Source: Candidatus Omnitrophota bacterium
GTDB taxonomy: Bacteria > Omnitrophota > Gorgyraeia > Tantalellales > Tantalellaceae
Direction: 5' to 3'
DNA length: 64,000 bases
NCBI GenBank assembly: GCA_024277375.1
Contig: JAJRVD010000027.1
Span: 19,063-83,062 of the forward strand
Part shown: positions 27,701 through 34,949 of the stretch, piece by piece
Numbering within the stretch: the stretch's first letter is position 1
Layout of the letters: every line of letters begins with the position of its first letter
The notes under the pieces: model-generated
The model's input: only the letters and a program-made list of their open reading frames with translations
Database searches by the model: none
Told to the model about the DNA's origin: nothing
Translations under genes and position numbers: made by a program

Positions 27701-29623
27701 AGCGCGGCGTCAACGGAAGAAATAAGTAACTTTGAGAAGAGTATAGAGGAGTTTCGCGGGGGAATAAGTAACATTGAATTAAAGAAAGCTGTAGAGCATG
27801 CTATAGCGTCGGGAGATACTAATACGTTAAAGAAGTTAGAAAATCTATCACGTCCGGATAAAAAGTCACGCGGATATGCTATCGGATCGATCGAAAAATT
27901 GTACGCGATGCGGCAAGAAGGTAGCGTGGTCGAAGCGGCTATGATAATCAAGAGCCTGCGCGGTATCAAAGATATTTCCGTCGGGGAACAGGAAAAAGAG
28001 CTCAGGACATTATATTCCTCCAGCAAAGAAAAGATTGAGGAGCTTATTCCGACATTGAGGTATATCCGCGGCAAAATGCAGGCTAAAAATAAACCCGTAG
28101 CGATAATTATAGGAGGAATGATTGGTTTATTGACAGGATTGGAAAAATTCTCAACAGGAAAGAGCGATATATTATCGGAGAAGAAAATCACGGCGGAAAT
28201 AAGTTTTGACCTGAAAGAGATCTTAAAAATAGGGCGTTACGGCGCCAGCGGCGAAGGTAATTGCCAGCATAGCAATAGTCCGGGTGAGAGCAACCATAGT
28301 TTAATGAGTTTTATAGGGGACGCTCATGAACTTATTATTCTGTTTAGAGATGATGACGGTATTGTCGTAGGGCAGGCGCTGATGCACGGAGTATACCTGG
28401 AGACCGGAGATTTTGTTTATATGAAAGAGGATGTTTACACTAATGATAATTCCCTGAAAGCGTTGATGGAAACCGCGGCAAGGAGAATGGGTAAGGCAAT
28501 AGCTAATTTTTACGGAATTAAAGTTTTAGATCCAGGGGCAGTCGAGAATAAAAAGATTTTTAATAACATAAAAATACCGCCAAGTAAGGTATTTCGTTAT
28601 TTAGACTCATTGGGCGGAGAAGTGTACACGTTTATGGAATCCATGCCGCTTGAAAAACCTTTATTGGCAGGGGTAGTTGAACCTATACACATTCGGGGCG
28701 GACGGGAAAGTAGCTATAGATTGTCTCCCATCGGCGGGATGTTGAGTGCGGATCAGCTGATCGCCCGTGCACAGGACCCTAAGATTTCTGCCGCGGAATT
28801 GGTCGGAAATCTGAAGCTGACCGGATTAGATCAAGCACATGTGGTTCAGGAGGCTTTGGCTGATCCGGAATATGCCGACAAGCTCAAAGAATTTAACAGG
28901 TTGCTTGCCAGGGCTCTGGGGGGAACCGAACTTGTCGAAAAGGCGAAAAGGGAGGAGAGGGAAGAAGCGATCGAAGATCGGCAGGCGGTGACGGTGGAGG
29001 TATTTGGGGAGGTTAACAGGAAAACCGATACGGTGAGAGCGGTTATAGGTGTTCCCAAAGGCATGCCGCAGAAAGTACTGCAGAAAATGCTTCGTGAAGT
29101 TAACAGAGGCCTTGCCAAAAATGGGTTTGGAGAGAGAAACGATACGCATCAGGTCATAGTGTTTGAAATGGATGCTGACAATAAAGATTTAACGGAAAGT
29201 AACCAGGCCGCGGCAGTAGAAAAAGCCCGGAAAGATCTATCCAAAAAAGGAATGATCGTTCTTTTTTCGCCCGAGACGGACAAGTTGCCGCTTGCGGAAC
29301 TCACGGTTGAAAAGTACAAGGATCAAGAAAATATTACTATTATCAGAGATGCTTATTCAGATTCCAAGCCGCAAGAAAAACAGTTCCTTGATGTTGATGT
29401 AAGGGCGGCACTCGCTAGGCATATAGCTTTTTATTATAACGGCAGTGATCAAGCATCCGCGATAAGCGCGATAAATGCTTTGATGAGGCAGATATCCGAT
29501 GAGCATAAGGACATATCGGATATAAACGAACTATTGGCCATGGTTGTTAGAATAAGGCCGATCGATTATGGGGAAATAACGCAGTGGGCCGAAGCGCAGA
29601 TAGCGACGGCAACGTCGCTGTAA
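18755..29623 (+). CDS. Giant (about 3620 aa) polytopic membrane multi-domain protein with an embedded GT9 (heptosyltransferase-like) domain
   Basis: A 10.9-kb open frame. The ATG at 18755 is the first start downstream of the family-A palindrome. An N-terminal TM helix is present. Region nt 18920-20450 carries IHIQDAHCNYAAQ and ILVTGGFHT, a weak resemblance to the TraB/GumN/ChaN fold. Region nt 21230-22110 matches the GT9 pattern: KKLLLIYNAEHTSMVGMGDQISNVVPLVQALKDKYPKLDITIYTD and ADHIVTVEGGTAHLAYNLGKTFTLVW. An HExxH motif (IIHELLHQL) is near nt 22835. There are two TM bundles, each beginning with the identical motif LLAGDLFAATP (nt 22339 and 24301). A further 4-helix TM bundle is near nt 25300-25600. 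Confidence 0.8.
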   Translation: MTGKGIASLVTLIAFVLNILGAEVISIKAYAAISPEIASTNPAEYNFLNVDSFTLPKYLGTIKDLWKSASGRDTVIHIQDAHCNYAAQDTIAKMIERIDSEYDIDVINLEGGAEDYDLSLFTDIEDKGVRQKVVDYFMKLGMVSGAESFVLNNQDKAKLWGVEDVDLYFDNLSAYRNSLEYKEEVDGYLKMLSRLLNELKINVYSNELLEFDLKYSAYKAGNLAFRDYVIYIRDKAAKCAIDMEEFENIALLSESLELEGKIDFKKANRERDMLIEELRRMVSKNELENLVLKTLQFKKKIISRKDYYTYLFEKARLVNIGLDGFGELRKYTDYISKYQTVDRSKILEEMSIIEDAIKDVLCVKDKDRTLVRLSKNFALLKNIFNVSLTKDDYVYYKTNEPAFAVKNYISFIKANDSSLRGAVPFSPLRGADLSSVIASPPKAGEAISENIYNLDRHREQISRFYEDGIKRDDAFLRNLRFQRKQGVGSREQGVVGEASSREQKTTILVTGGFHTKNLCELFKEKGISYVSIMPNFRNENGYESPYFNLLAGKKNDVAAALTSDISSLALYSDLLQNGLNNGDFTSNVKAVRRLWVSLVAAQIRKNGRNVIFGDINGRYRRYSFNSEDGDPVAGLTINGKQVYARNFGGERSLQAEAKALYEEISRDIVSFAAEREEIKSAVVRLREIFSTFPDVVISEVRNFWENEKESTGNVFRAVEFFDLMPEIMLNAKVERLKEAALSFVDRQLEHIFDRENAVAIYNEIISTDEGIPQDLLKYALYYRNLKEGKTLTDEQLALHGLSSKEDFPYSLEVDRVLKHKDDSNPKKLLLIYNAEHTSMVGMGDQISNVVPLVQALKDKYPKLDITIYTDKPFVYEAHDNVRVFSMSSPGINAEEVFDMAIDYSDSKSREEYPDKYLVQEAQISIVGDFNNLTVKAKGLPPLGIKVRNRSNAYSLSLRLCAELRLPVRIGTEQPQTSSIVLGPGSEEADMWWEENVVLKNTEKRKVVFLNPYGGEWKEKGYIYNDRLVKDIEALLEDGNYIVISPNDTRWGTREKIEEMLKLLDAAKQKYITISKGPSEAGNLIKHWLYRADHIVTVEGGTAHLAYNLGKTFTLVWKRGAGLLHDIPPMCDLGQELIPIGGKPQDIVDAVKRAFESDDEGSKVTSIGTGILRKTKTVLSGLLVFLAGSSALQILLAGDLFAATPDAIMQATATPWGWIAVVVVAGFIVYRYFAMSAERMGTKVIPLGIAGLIFMGVQCSYAAALSPREGKTKILVSSAEFQEKQQQIREMIKGLADSEEHLSGKERELLEGILSLIEDGDIKIKYDPERNYAYADKENKEVGLPESSFMDRYRLASAIIHELLHQLCAKRNIDFSDKIKTSGFNDSNDYWQWLDPGEEGWVLRNTMMIMNQIPMEALGLKLLLAEVPNQESFNTQILTYDNEPITNVDRIIELAKDPEMVMEKRRFLVKLLPLISLNIAEKVGNTGIIRPVDAETSKEAEEALLALKKYYESEQNILATKHKILKNNKKRPKLVNGAVRLSWKDPSKLTSEDKDLVEWWSNVKLLETIELSRRMLNESKVSVDKKLDEFTVLIVDGIKREMKVSDLRIGMARMLYGSEEKLVKDVLRELKPWEIDLIVYYQKEIRIKLKQTISYYEGREFEFNKNNLTGAISTIMMSLLRDVSKTEYNSIYDHNNRGLKWDDPGRWHGLTFDDRWYEIGNLNGLSYNYYNEHRKNETEEEKYKADNPNRPKNFVNNNATKGFRVDMRETYLFMRFYPEELAKIVKKDRGVAAKVELLEEYMGKLKRNVNKTAKWRGDRQKKKESEKTSDGINTLKGIMAFAIALPLVQMLLAGDLFAATPGVLVPSIFNSFNVIGFLLTVVCLGLAGLILYYDTNDADEWDDIPESESIRAWQVLLGGREWEKMGKEFTDRLAILTPQESENRTLLFEFLERFGRKDLLAHIKRKPDEFLPVLEHLRGSEFISGYFGELLYRVDRSGEKEQELLDLDLKTEPLKVWELIDILIEVDSFQQDLYEFLTKDTAYSAIPGQQYLPLNVNVVNVVGQMVEETRSANRVNIRGNLIAISGQFPGYYAAICDSILRNPARILEFDIAPEVVERNLKFLQPENSKDHITSFEGFVAFLKRESKVTDNMGKSPIGKGVLDISKRVFKFFGKEITPVVENTWIPVFEELVMFLVLAGGYLGGLFVLSALPYILTRIIFTAWHLKNESGTWLQKMLVPGIASVFALIPVMAVLVLPAVSAELMLAAALALGTGTHVLGNRRVHKKRMDAFKRIFEEKKETLVKQVSDEELLDEFIGYLDVNVKELFGIGLLLEIREFSKSIPLSRDEQTRRGRQRAILLMAGLNVSETELYKENQRKIEEERVIAEDLNGMENIHDLIEGKFVTVKQLKRAIELSAGNITSALETLNKLKDVIKKHGIDELFELADLERVSNNVPWNCFEWVDYDSARDLLDQYGIKPFLKMRRLGVGEYSYRSIDSYSLTLRGIFNLVRDMRDGDISERYGISVTGSNVEKITINIIKEKISLKGPSSLPVNMFPEDEIEFLEKSHEDTYRRESEKNMDRYLNREKHKKAILSYMLLCERYGPDNIRRLVRDNVLEKWSEKVESIKDQLRDLKSVIDLPSVGIEPFVEFSGGNEDGLWPLTFIEKEKWAQFLTSILIQRGDVTAKNKRLSDLYINNMLASVGNNIVPNVSMINVIAELLTHNAQSGVHPVESFLLSALGEAGLNKGSIEKILEYLAKNKKSEIKRSQIIRALAGIYWGFKYERFSAGTIDTRMINAIIETEDTRRLSAALNFIPALIDLLESGILAKEEIETGTRSGNIVDKIGGLLKSKIEETFSIKISDTDLEVQAALSDTYFLADLFSFRRKYKEEDENAYKIFLGLVKAYFENGSKGVREYKNSNELVNVQIPERIKEKGFEQLSRLRTFARSGEGEEMSVFDRLFKTTLRNYDEHSKEMKFDPGSISAASTEEISNFEKSIEEFRGGISNIELKKAVEHAIASGDTNTLKKLENLSRPDKKSRGYAIGSIEKLYAMRQEGSVVEAAMIIKSLRGIKDISVGEQEKELRTLYSSSKEKIEELIPTLRYIRGKMQAKNKPVAIIIGGMIGLLTGLEKFSTGKSDILSEKKITAEISFDLKEILKIGRYGASGEGNCQHSNSPGESNHSLMSFIGDAHELIILFRDDDGIVVGQALMHGVYLETGDFVYMKEDVYTNDNSLKALMETAARRMGKAIANFYGIKVLDPGAVENKKIFNNIKIPPSKVFRYLDSLGGEVYTFMESMPLEKPLLAGVVEPIHIRGGRESSYRLSPIGGMLSADQLIARAQDPKISAAELVGNLKLTGLDQAHVVQEALADPEYADKLKEFNRLLARALGGTELVEKAKREEREEAIEDRQAVTVEVFGEVNRKTDTVRAVIGVPKGMPQKVLQKMLREVNRGLAKNGFGERNDTHQVIVFEMDADNKDLTESNQAAAVEKARKDLSKKGMIVLFSPETDKLPLAELTVEKYKDQENITIIRDAYSDSKPQEKQFLDVDVRAALARHIAFYYNGSDQASAISAINALMRQISDEHKDISDINELLAMVVRIRPIDYGEITQWAEAQIATATSL

Positions 29624-29646
29624 CAGTGGATAGTTGTTAGTGAATA

Positions 29647-29695
29647 GAGATCCTTCGACTTCGTGCTCTTCGGGCACTCCGCTCAGGATGACAGG
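29647..29695 (-). repeat. REP family C copy, reverse orientation (cctgtcatcctgagcggagtgcccgaag...)
   Basis: It is the reverse complement of the family C consensus. It is intergenic, between the giant ORF stop and the era stop. Confidence 0.55.
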
Positions 29696-29756
29696 GGTGG
29701 AGGCATTACATAGCATCATATACTACGTGCGCTGTACGCTATACGATGTACGCAAA

Positions 29757-30653
29757 TTAGTCTGAATATCCCATCTCTCTGAGGGCGTTGGGGTCTCTTT
29801 TCCATTTCTCGGATACTTTTACCCAGAGGTCCAGGTATATGTGGGTGTCCACAAGCAGTTCTATGTCGCGCCGGGCGAGTTTACCTATTTTTTTCATCAT
29901 CTCGCCCCCTTTGCCGATGATGATCGATTTCTGGCTGGCGCGCTCGACAAAAACTGTCGCGAAGATCTTTAAAGCTTTGGTTTCTTCATCTTCGGTAATG
30001 TCGTCTACGATAACGGCAATAGAGTGGGGAACTTCTTCATGAGTGAGTATTAATATTTTTTCACGTATGATCTCCTGTATGTGGAACTGTTCACTTTTAT
30101 CCGTTAGCTGGTCTTCCGGATAGAGAGGGGGACCTTCTATGAGATATGATTTTATAACTTTGAGGAGATTGTCCAGGTCTCCCTGTTTAAGGGCGCATAG
30201 GGGCACGATCTCGTCAAACGGATACATCTTCTGAGCTTTTTCTATCAAGGGCAGAAGAATCCTTTTATTCTTCACTTTATCAACTTTGTTTATGACTAGT
30301 ATCACTATTTTGTCCCCCTTAGGATCAGGAAGACGTTTTATGATATTTTTGTCTCTTTCGTCAAAAGCTTTTCCTTTCTCTGTAACAAAAAGGACTATTT
30401 CCGATTCCATGAGAGCCGATTGTGCTCTAGAAAGCATGAGTTTTCCCAATAAGTCATGAGGTTTGTGTATGCCGGGTGTGTCAATAAACACTATCTGAGA
30501 GTTTTTATCGCTAAGAATACCGGTAATAGTGTCCCTGGTCGTTTCCGGCTTTTTAGAGATAATGGCAAGTTTTTCTCTTAAAAACCCGTTCAGCATGGTG
30601 CTTTTGCCCACGTTTGGCTGTCCTGATATGGCTACAATTCCTGATCTATACAT
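29757..30653 (-). CDS. era: GTPase Era
   Basis: G1 motif AISGQPNVGKST, a DTPG G3 motif, NKVD G4 and a C-terminal KH domain are present. At 298 aa it is typical. Confidence 0.9.
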   Translation of the reverse strand: MYRSGIVAISGQPNVGKSTMLNGFLREKLAIISKKPETTRDTITGILSDKNSQIVFIDTPGIHKPHDLLGKLMLSRAQSALMESEIVLFVTEKGKAFDERDKNIIKRLPDPKGDKIVILVINKVDKVKNKRILLPLIEKAQKMYPFDEIVPLCALKQGDLDNLLKVIKSYLIEGPPLYPEDQLTDKSEQFHIQEIIREKILILTHEEVPHSIAVIVDDITEDEETKALKIFATVFVERASQKSIIIGKGGEMMKKIGKLARRDIELLVDTHIYLDLWVKVSEKWKRDPNALREMGYSD

Positions 30654-30762
30654 AGTGGGATGATTATAACATAAGTAAGCGGGTTATGTCCTTAAATAAA
30701 AATTTTATTGGCATTTCAGGTTTTAACCGTATAATGTAATAGTAATTCGTATGTAGCTCGTT

Positions 30763-30810
30763 AAAGGGACAGTCCACGCACTCACTACGTTAGTTTGGGA
30801 CAGTCCCTTT
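30763..30810. repeat. Palindromic repeat family A-prime (AAAGGGACAGTCC-acgcactc...-GGGACAGTCCCTTT)
   Basis: Related copies are at 32247-32292, 48932-48983 (inverted) and 51151-51192. It lies in the era/mgtE divergent intergenic region. Confidence 0.6.
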
Positions 30811-30832
30811 CCCGATGCGTGAGGAATTTTAT

Positions 30833-32194
30833 ATGACAAATCCACAAGACAAAAAGATCATCACACAGAAAGAGCGTTTGACCCTGCTCAGGTCTCTTTT
30901 AGAGGAAGCGCGGAGTGAACGTTTTTTGGCGTTCCTGAAAGAAACCAAGCCTGAAGATGTCGCTGAACTTTTAGGAGAGTTTTCCTCTGACGAGAAGCTC
31001 ACTATATTTAATTCTCTCTCAGACGAGAATGCCGCGGTTGTTCTTGATGATACCGATCCGCAGACTCGTTTGCAATTATTGCAGAGAGTTAATAACGACA
31101 AGCTGGCTAAAGTGCTTGATGAGATGCCTGTTGATGAAGCCGCTGACGTCATAGAGGAAGTTCCGAAAAAAGAAAGAGAAGACCTGCTTGACCTTATGGA
31201 AGAAAAAGACGCCGAAGAGGTCGAGGAGATATTAAGTTATCCGGAGGACTCCGCCGCGCGCGTCATGAACCCGGAGTTTATTTCAGTAAAAGGTGACGCT
31301 GATGTGGAAGACTCCATCCAAAATATCAGAGGTCAGGAGCTGGATGAAGACGTTTTTTATATTTACGTTATCGGGGAAAAAGATAAGTTTTTGGGTGTTG
31401 TACCGATAAGAAAGCTCTTGACGTCCAAGGCGGGGACGTTGGTGAAGGATATAATGGAAGAAGATGTTCAATCTGTTCTGGTTGATACTGACCAGGAAGA
31501 GGCCGCTTTGATCATGAAAAAGTATGACATTTTTTCTTTGCCGGTCGTAGATGATAAAGGGTGCCTGGTGGGGCGTATCACGGCAGACGACATTATTGAC
31601 GTTATGGATGAAGAGCGAGGGGAAGATATAAGCCGCATGACAGGAACCATAGAGGAAGAGCAGGGTACGGAGACGGCTTTTGCCGCGACACAGAACAGGC
31701 TTCCCTGGCTTATTGTCTGTATGCTGGGTAGCATTGTCACGGGTTTGGTTATTCAAATGTTTGAAGTTACGCTTGCCGAGACCATCGCGTTGGTTTCTTT
31801 TATTCCGGTGATCACGGCGACCGGCGGCAATTCCGGGGTTCAGGCGTCAACTGTTGTAGTTCGGGAAATAGCTCTGGGGCAGATGAAGTATTCTAAGGTT
31901 GGGGGCGAACTTTGGAGGCAACTGAAAGTAGCGTTAAGTCTGGGGCTTGTGTGCGGAACTTCCTTAACGATCTTAGCGAATTTCTGGAAAAAGAACAGCC
32001 TGGTGGGAATGGTAGCGGGACTTTCTATTTTTCTGGTTGTGATATGGTCGAATTTTGTAGGCGTATTGATCCCTGTCATATTCAAAAGAATACGTATAGA
32101 CCCGGCGATAGCCTCAGGGCCCCTCATTACCACTCTGAACGACGTTATTGGTGTATTCATATATTTGAGTGTTGCCGCTTTTATTCTGGCATAA
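30833..32194 (+). CDS. mgtE: Magnesium transporter MgtE
   Basis: An acidic N-terminal domain, tandem CBS domains and C-terminal TM helices with the GGNSGVQASTVVVR motif are present. The ATG at 30833 has a GAGGA RBS 8 nt upstream. The track ORF starts 18 nt earlier. Confidence 0.85.
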   Translation: MTNPQDKKIITQKERLTLLRSLLEEARSERFLAFLKETKPEDVAELLGEFSSDEKLTIFNSLSDENAAVVLDDTDPQTRLQLLQRVNNDKLAKVLDEMPVDEAADVIEEVPKKEREDLLDLMEEKDAEEVEEILSYPEDSAARVMNPEFISVKGDADVEDSIQNIRGQELDEDVFYIYVIGEKDKFLGVVPIRKLLTSKAGTLVKDIMEEDVQSVLVDTDQEEAALIMKKYDIFSLPVVDDKGCLVGRITADDIIDVMDEERGEDISRMTGTIEEEQGTETAFAATQNRLPWLIVCMLGSIVTGLVIQMFEVTLAETIALVSFIPVITATGGNSGVQASTVVVREIALGQMKYSKVGGELWRQLKVALSLGLVCGTSLTILANFWKKNSLVGMVAGLSIFLVVIWSNFVGVLIPVIFKRIRIDPAIASGPLITTLNDVIGVFIYLSVAAFILA

Positions 32195-32246
32195 TTGAGT
32201 TCGTTGCGTTTGTTGTGGAGTTTATTGAGTTGTTCGAGAATGCTAA

Positions 32247-32292
32247 CCGGGGACAGTCCACGCACTCGCGTTGCTCGCTTGGGACAGTCCCC
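32247..32292. repeat. Palindromic repeat family A-prime copy (ccggggacagtccacgcactcgcgttgctcgcttgggacagtcccc)
   Basis: About 85% identical to 30763-30810. It sits directly after the mgtE stop and may act as a terminator. Confidence 0.6.
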
Positions 32293-32323
32293 TAACGCAA
32301 GAAACTCTAAAAGGGAGAATGAA

Positions 32324-32515
32324 ATGGGAAAGATATTGAGCCTGTTGATCGGAGCGATCGTTGTTGTTGCCGGACTGATCCTTCTTTTCGCGTGGTGGTA
32401 CGAGCTTGTTATTGTTTTTAAGGGGATACTGCCATTGGTACTTTTGGCGGGCGGAGTTATAGCTGTTTTTGCCGGTATCGGCGAATTTAAAGATGTTTTG
32501 AAGAGTAAGAAATAA
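32324..32515 (+). CDS. Small (63 aa) two-TM membrane protein
   Basis: MGKILSLLIGAIVVVAGLILLFAWWYELVIVFKGILPLVLLAGGVIAVFAGI. An AAGGGAGAAT RBS precedes the ATG at 32324. The upstream part of track ORF 32195 is repeat sequence. Confidence 0.4.
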   Translation: MGKILSLLIGAIVVVAGLILLFAWWYELVIVFKGILPLVLLAGGVIAVFAGIGEFKDVLKSKK

Positions 32516-32521
32516 ATCATG

Positions 32522-32609
32522 ACGTAGAAGTCGTATTATCCTTCGGATAATGGGCGGCGAACAATAAATTTATTCGCGGTCCATCGCCGAAGGCGATACC
32601 GCTCCTACG
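32522..32609. repeat. Inverted doublet of REP family B variants (acgtagaagtcgtattatccttcgg ... ccgaaggcgataccgctcctacg)
   Basis: The two arms are reverse complements of each other (about 22/25 positions). They are separated by an AT-rich spacer gcgaacaataaatttattcgc. Confidence 0.6.
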
Positions 32610-32621
32610 GGACAGAAAAAA

Positions 32622-33173
32622 ATGAACACAACAATAATTATATTTCTTGTATTGTTTTTGCAGGGGTGCGGGGATCGCGGGGTCGATATAGAGAAAAAGG
32701 TATTAGCCTTTGATCCGTCTTTTCAAAACGCTATCAACGTGCGGAATTCGTTGGCTGAAGAGATAAGCGCTCGTCAAATAAGTTATAACGAAAAAGAAGC
32801 TGATTTTGTAGAGAGGATAAATGTTCTTAATGCCAAAAAAGAAACGGCAAAAAGAGAGTATTTTGCCTCGGTTGAAGAGATAAAAAGACGGTTGGATCCC
32901 AGAAAAAGAAGTTTAAGGCAGGAGCTTATTGATATTGAACGACGTTACAGAAACCAGAAGACAGAATTAGAGTACATTGATCGGGATATAAAAGAGATCA
33001 GCGCGCTGATCGATAAAAAGGATCGACTGATATTAACCCCAGAGGAGATACGTTCCTGGAATGAACGGCTTGCTGTTCTGATAGACAAAAGGTCCGACAT
33101 AACTTCGAAAAAAGAAGAACTAAAGCAAGAGATAGAAATAACGAAATTAAAAATAAAGGTGCTGGAAATATAG
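32622..33173 (+). CDS. Coiled-coil lipoprotein (183 aa)
   Basis: A lipobox LFLQGC follows a signal peptide. The rest is charged, heptad-like coiled-coil sequence. Confidence 0.5.
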   Translation: MNTTIIIFLVLFLQGCGDRGVDIEKKVLAFDPSFQNAINVRNSLAEEISARQISYNEKEADFVERINVLNAKKETAKREYFASVEEIKRRLDPRKRSLRQELIDIERRYRNQKTELEYIDRDIKEISALIDKKDRLILTPEEIRSWNERLAVLIDKRSDITSKKEELKQEIEITKLKIKVLEI

Positions 33174-33220
33174 TGCAGAGGTTGCCACGTCGTCCGCTTC
33201 GCGGACTCCTCGCGGTCGAA

Positions 33221-33331
33221 TTGTGTCGTAATTCGTTTTGCGGACGCTCGCATGCAATATATCGTAGGGGTTTGATCCATAGAACCCGATATAACGGGCT
33301 TGATGAACCAAGCCCCTACATTATGACACAG
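33221..33331 (+). repeat. Family D structured repeat, copy 2
   Basis: ttgtgtcgtaattcgttttgcgg...gtaggggtttgatccatagaacccgatataacgggcttgatgaaccaagcccctacattatgacacag. It is 55 nt upstream of purH. Confidence 0.7.
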
Positions 33332-33385
33332 CTTGAATGACGGGAGAGGCACTGTACGCTAAACGCTAGAAAAAAGGAAGTTTTC

Positions 33386-34945
33386 ATGAAAATTAAACGA
33401 GCATTGATCAGTGTGTCGGATAAGGCTCACTTGGAGGGTTTTGTAAAAGTGTTGGATCAGCTGGGAGTAGAGATAATTTCTACCGGTGGAACCGCAAAGA
33501 TGATCAGTTCCTTAGGTGTCTCCGTTGTGGAAGTTTCTGATTATACAGGGCTCCCTGAAATGATGGATGGAAGGGTAAAAACACTCCATCCGAAAATACA
33601 CGCCGGACTTTTAGCTGTTCGTGATAATGATGAACATATGAGCCAAATGAAAGAGCAGTCCATCCCGACAATAGATATGGTAGTGGTTAATCTTTATCCG
33701 TTCGAAGAGACTGTCGCGCGTCCAGGGGTGACAATGGAAGACGCGATCGAAAATATTGATATCGGAGGACCTAGTATGCTTCGCAGCGCGGCAAAAAATT
33801 TCAGATCGGTCGCTGTTCTAAGCTCGCCGGAGCAGTATGGAAGTATTATTGATGAGTTGGAGGCTACCGGCGGCGAAATCTCAGAGGCCACTATGAAAGG
33901 TCTTGCGGAGAGCGTATTCGCGAGGACAGCTCAGTATGACGGTGCTATAGCCAATTACCTCTCCGGTGCCTCCGCGGCCTCAGAGGATGAGGATGATCTT
34001 CCGGATGAGATAAGCATAAAATTAAATAAAGTGCGGTCTCTCAGGTATGGTGAGAACCCGCATCAGAAAGCGGCTTTTTACGCGGAAGCCGCGTCTAAGA
34101 ATTCGTGGATAACCGAAGCTGAACAGTTGCAGGGTAAGGAACTTTCGTTCAATAATATAATAGACCTTTCATCCGCGTATGAGATGGTAAAGGTTTTTGA
34201 GCAGCCTGCCGTAAGTATCGTCAAACATAATAATCCTTGCGGCGCGGCAACAGCTGAAACGTTGGAACAAGCCTACTTAGGCGCGCTTGATTGTGACCGC
34301 CTAAGCGCGTTCGGCGGTATCATGGGGTTTAATCGGGCCATAGGCGGGCAGATGGCCGAAGTTATATTAGAAGAGGCTGATTTTGTGGAATGCGTGATCG
34401 CACCGGACTTTGACGCGGAGTCTTTAAAAGCGTTCAGTGTTAAGAAGAACCTCAGGGTATTGAAAGTTCCGATCTCGGATGTATCGACCGAAAAAGATAT
34501 CAAAAAAGTCCCGGGCGGTGCTTTGGTCCAGGATGCCGATGCCGGGGTGATATCTGAAAGTGACATTAAAGTTGTTACGAAAAATAAACCTTCGACGGAA
34601 TTGTTGGACGCGATGATGTTCGCGTGGAAGATCGTAAAATTCGTTAAAAGTAACGCCATAGTGTTAGCTAACGGGACTAAAACCGTTGGTATAGGCGCGG
34701 GGCAAATGTCACGAGTGGACTCGGTGATAATCTCTATACGCAAAGCCGCCGACAGAACAAAAGGTGCCGTTCTTGCCAGTGACGCTTTTTTCCCGAAAGC
34801 GGATTCTATTGAAGAAGCGCACAAAGCGGGTGTAGCCGCTATCATCCAGCCGGGTGGCTCTATACGAGATGAAGAGGTTATCGCCGCTTGCGATAAGTTC
34901 GGGATCCCGATGGTTTTGACAGGTATGAGACATTTTAGACACTGA
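33386..34945 (+). CDS. purH: Bifunctional AICAR transformylase / IMP cyclohydrolase PurH
   Basis: The N-terminal MGS-like domain KRALISVSDK and the typical C-terminal end ...GMRHFRH are present. At 519 aa the length fits. Confidence 0.9.
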   Translation: MKIKRALISVSDKAHLEGFVKVLDQLGVEIISTGGTAKMISSLGVSVVEVSDYTGLPEMMDGRVKTLHPKIHAGLLAVRDNDEHMSQMKEQSIPTIDMVVVNLYPFEETVARPGVTMEDAIENIDIGGPSMLRSAAKNFRSVAVLSSPEQYGSIIDELEATGGEISEATMKGLAESVFARTAQYDGAIANYLSGASAASEDEDDLPDEISIKLNKVRSLRYGENPHQKAAFYAEAASKNSWITEAEQLQGKELSFNNIIDLSSAYEMVKVFEQPAVSIVKHNNPCGAATAETLEQAYLGALDCDRLSAFGGIMGFNRAIGGQMAEVILEEADFVECVIAPDFDAESLKAFSVKKNLRVLKVPISDVSTEKDIKKVPGGALVQDADAGVISESDIKVVTKNKPSTELLDAMMFAWKIVKFVKSNAIVLANGTKTVGIGAGQMSRVDSVIISIRKAADRTKGAVLASDAFFPKADSIEEAHKAGVAAIIQPGGSIRDEEVIAACDKFGIPMVLTGMRHFRH

Positions 34946-34949
34946 TCCC

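Noticed and set aside
25141-28191. Minus-strand ORFs of 178-242 aa inside the giant gene (25141-25869, 26833-27375, 27655-28191)
   Set aside because: They are antisense to a long, clearly coding plus-strand frame. Their composition is low-complexity and Ser/Ile/Leu-rich, as is typical of antisense frames of AT-rich coding DNA. No motifs are present.
31840-32520. 226-aa minus-strand ORF overlapping the mgtE 3' end and the small membrane protein gene
   Set aside because: Antisense to mgtE TM helices (motif-supported) and to the repeat region. No start or RBS support.
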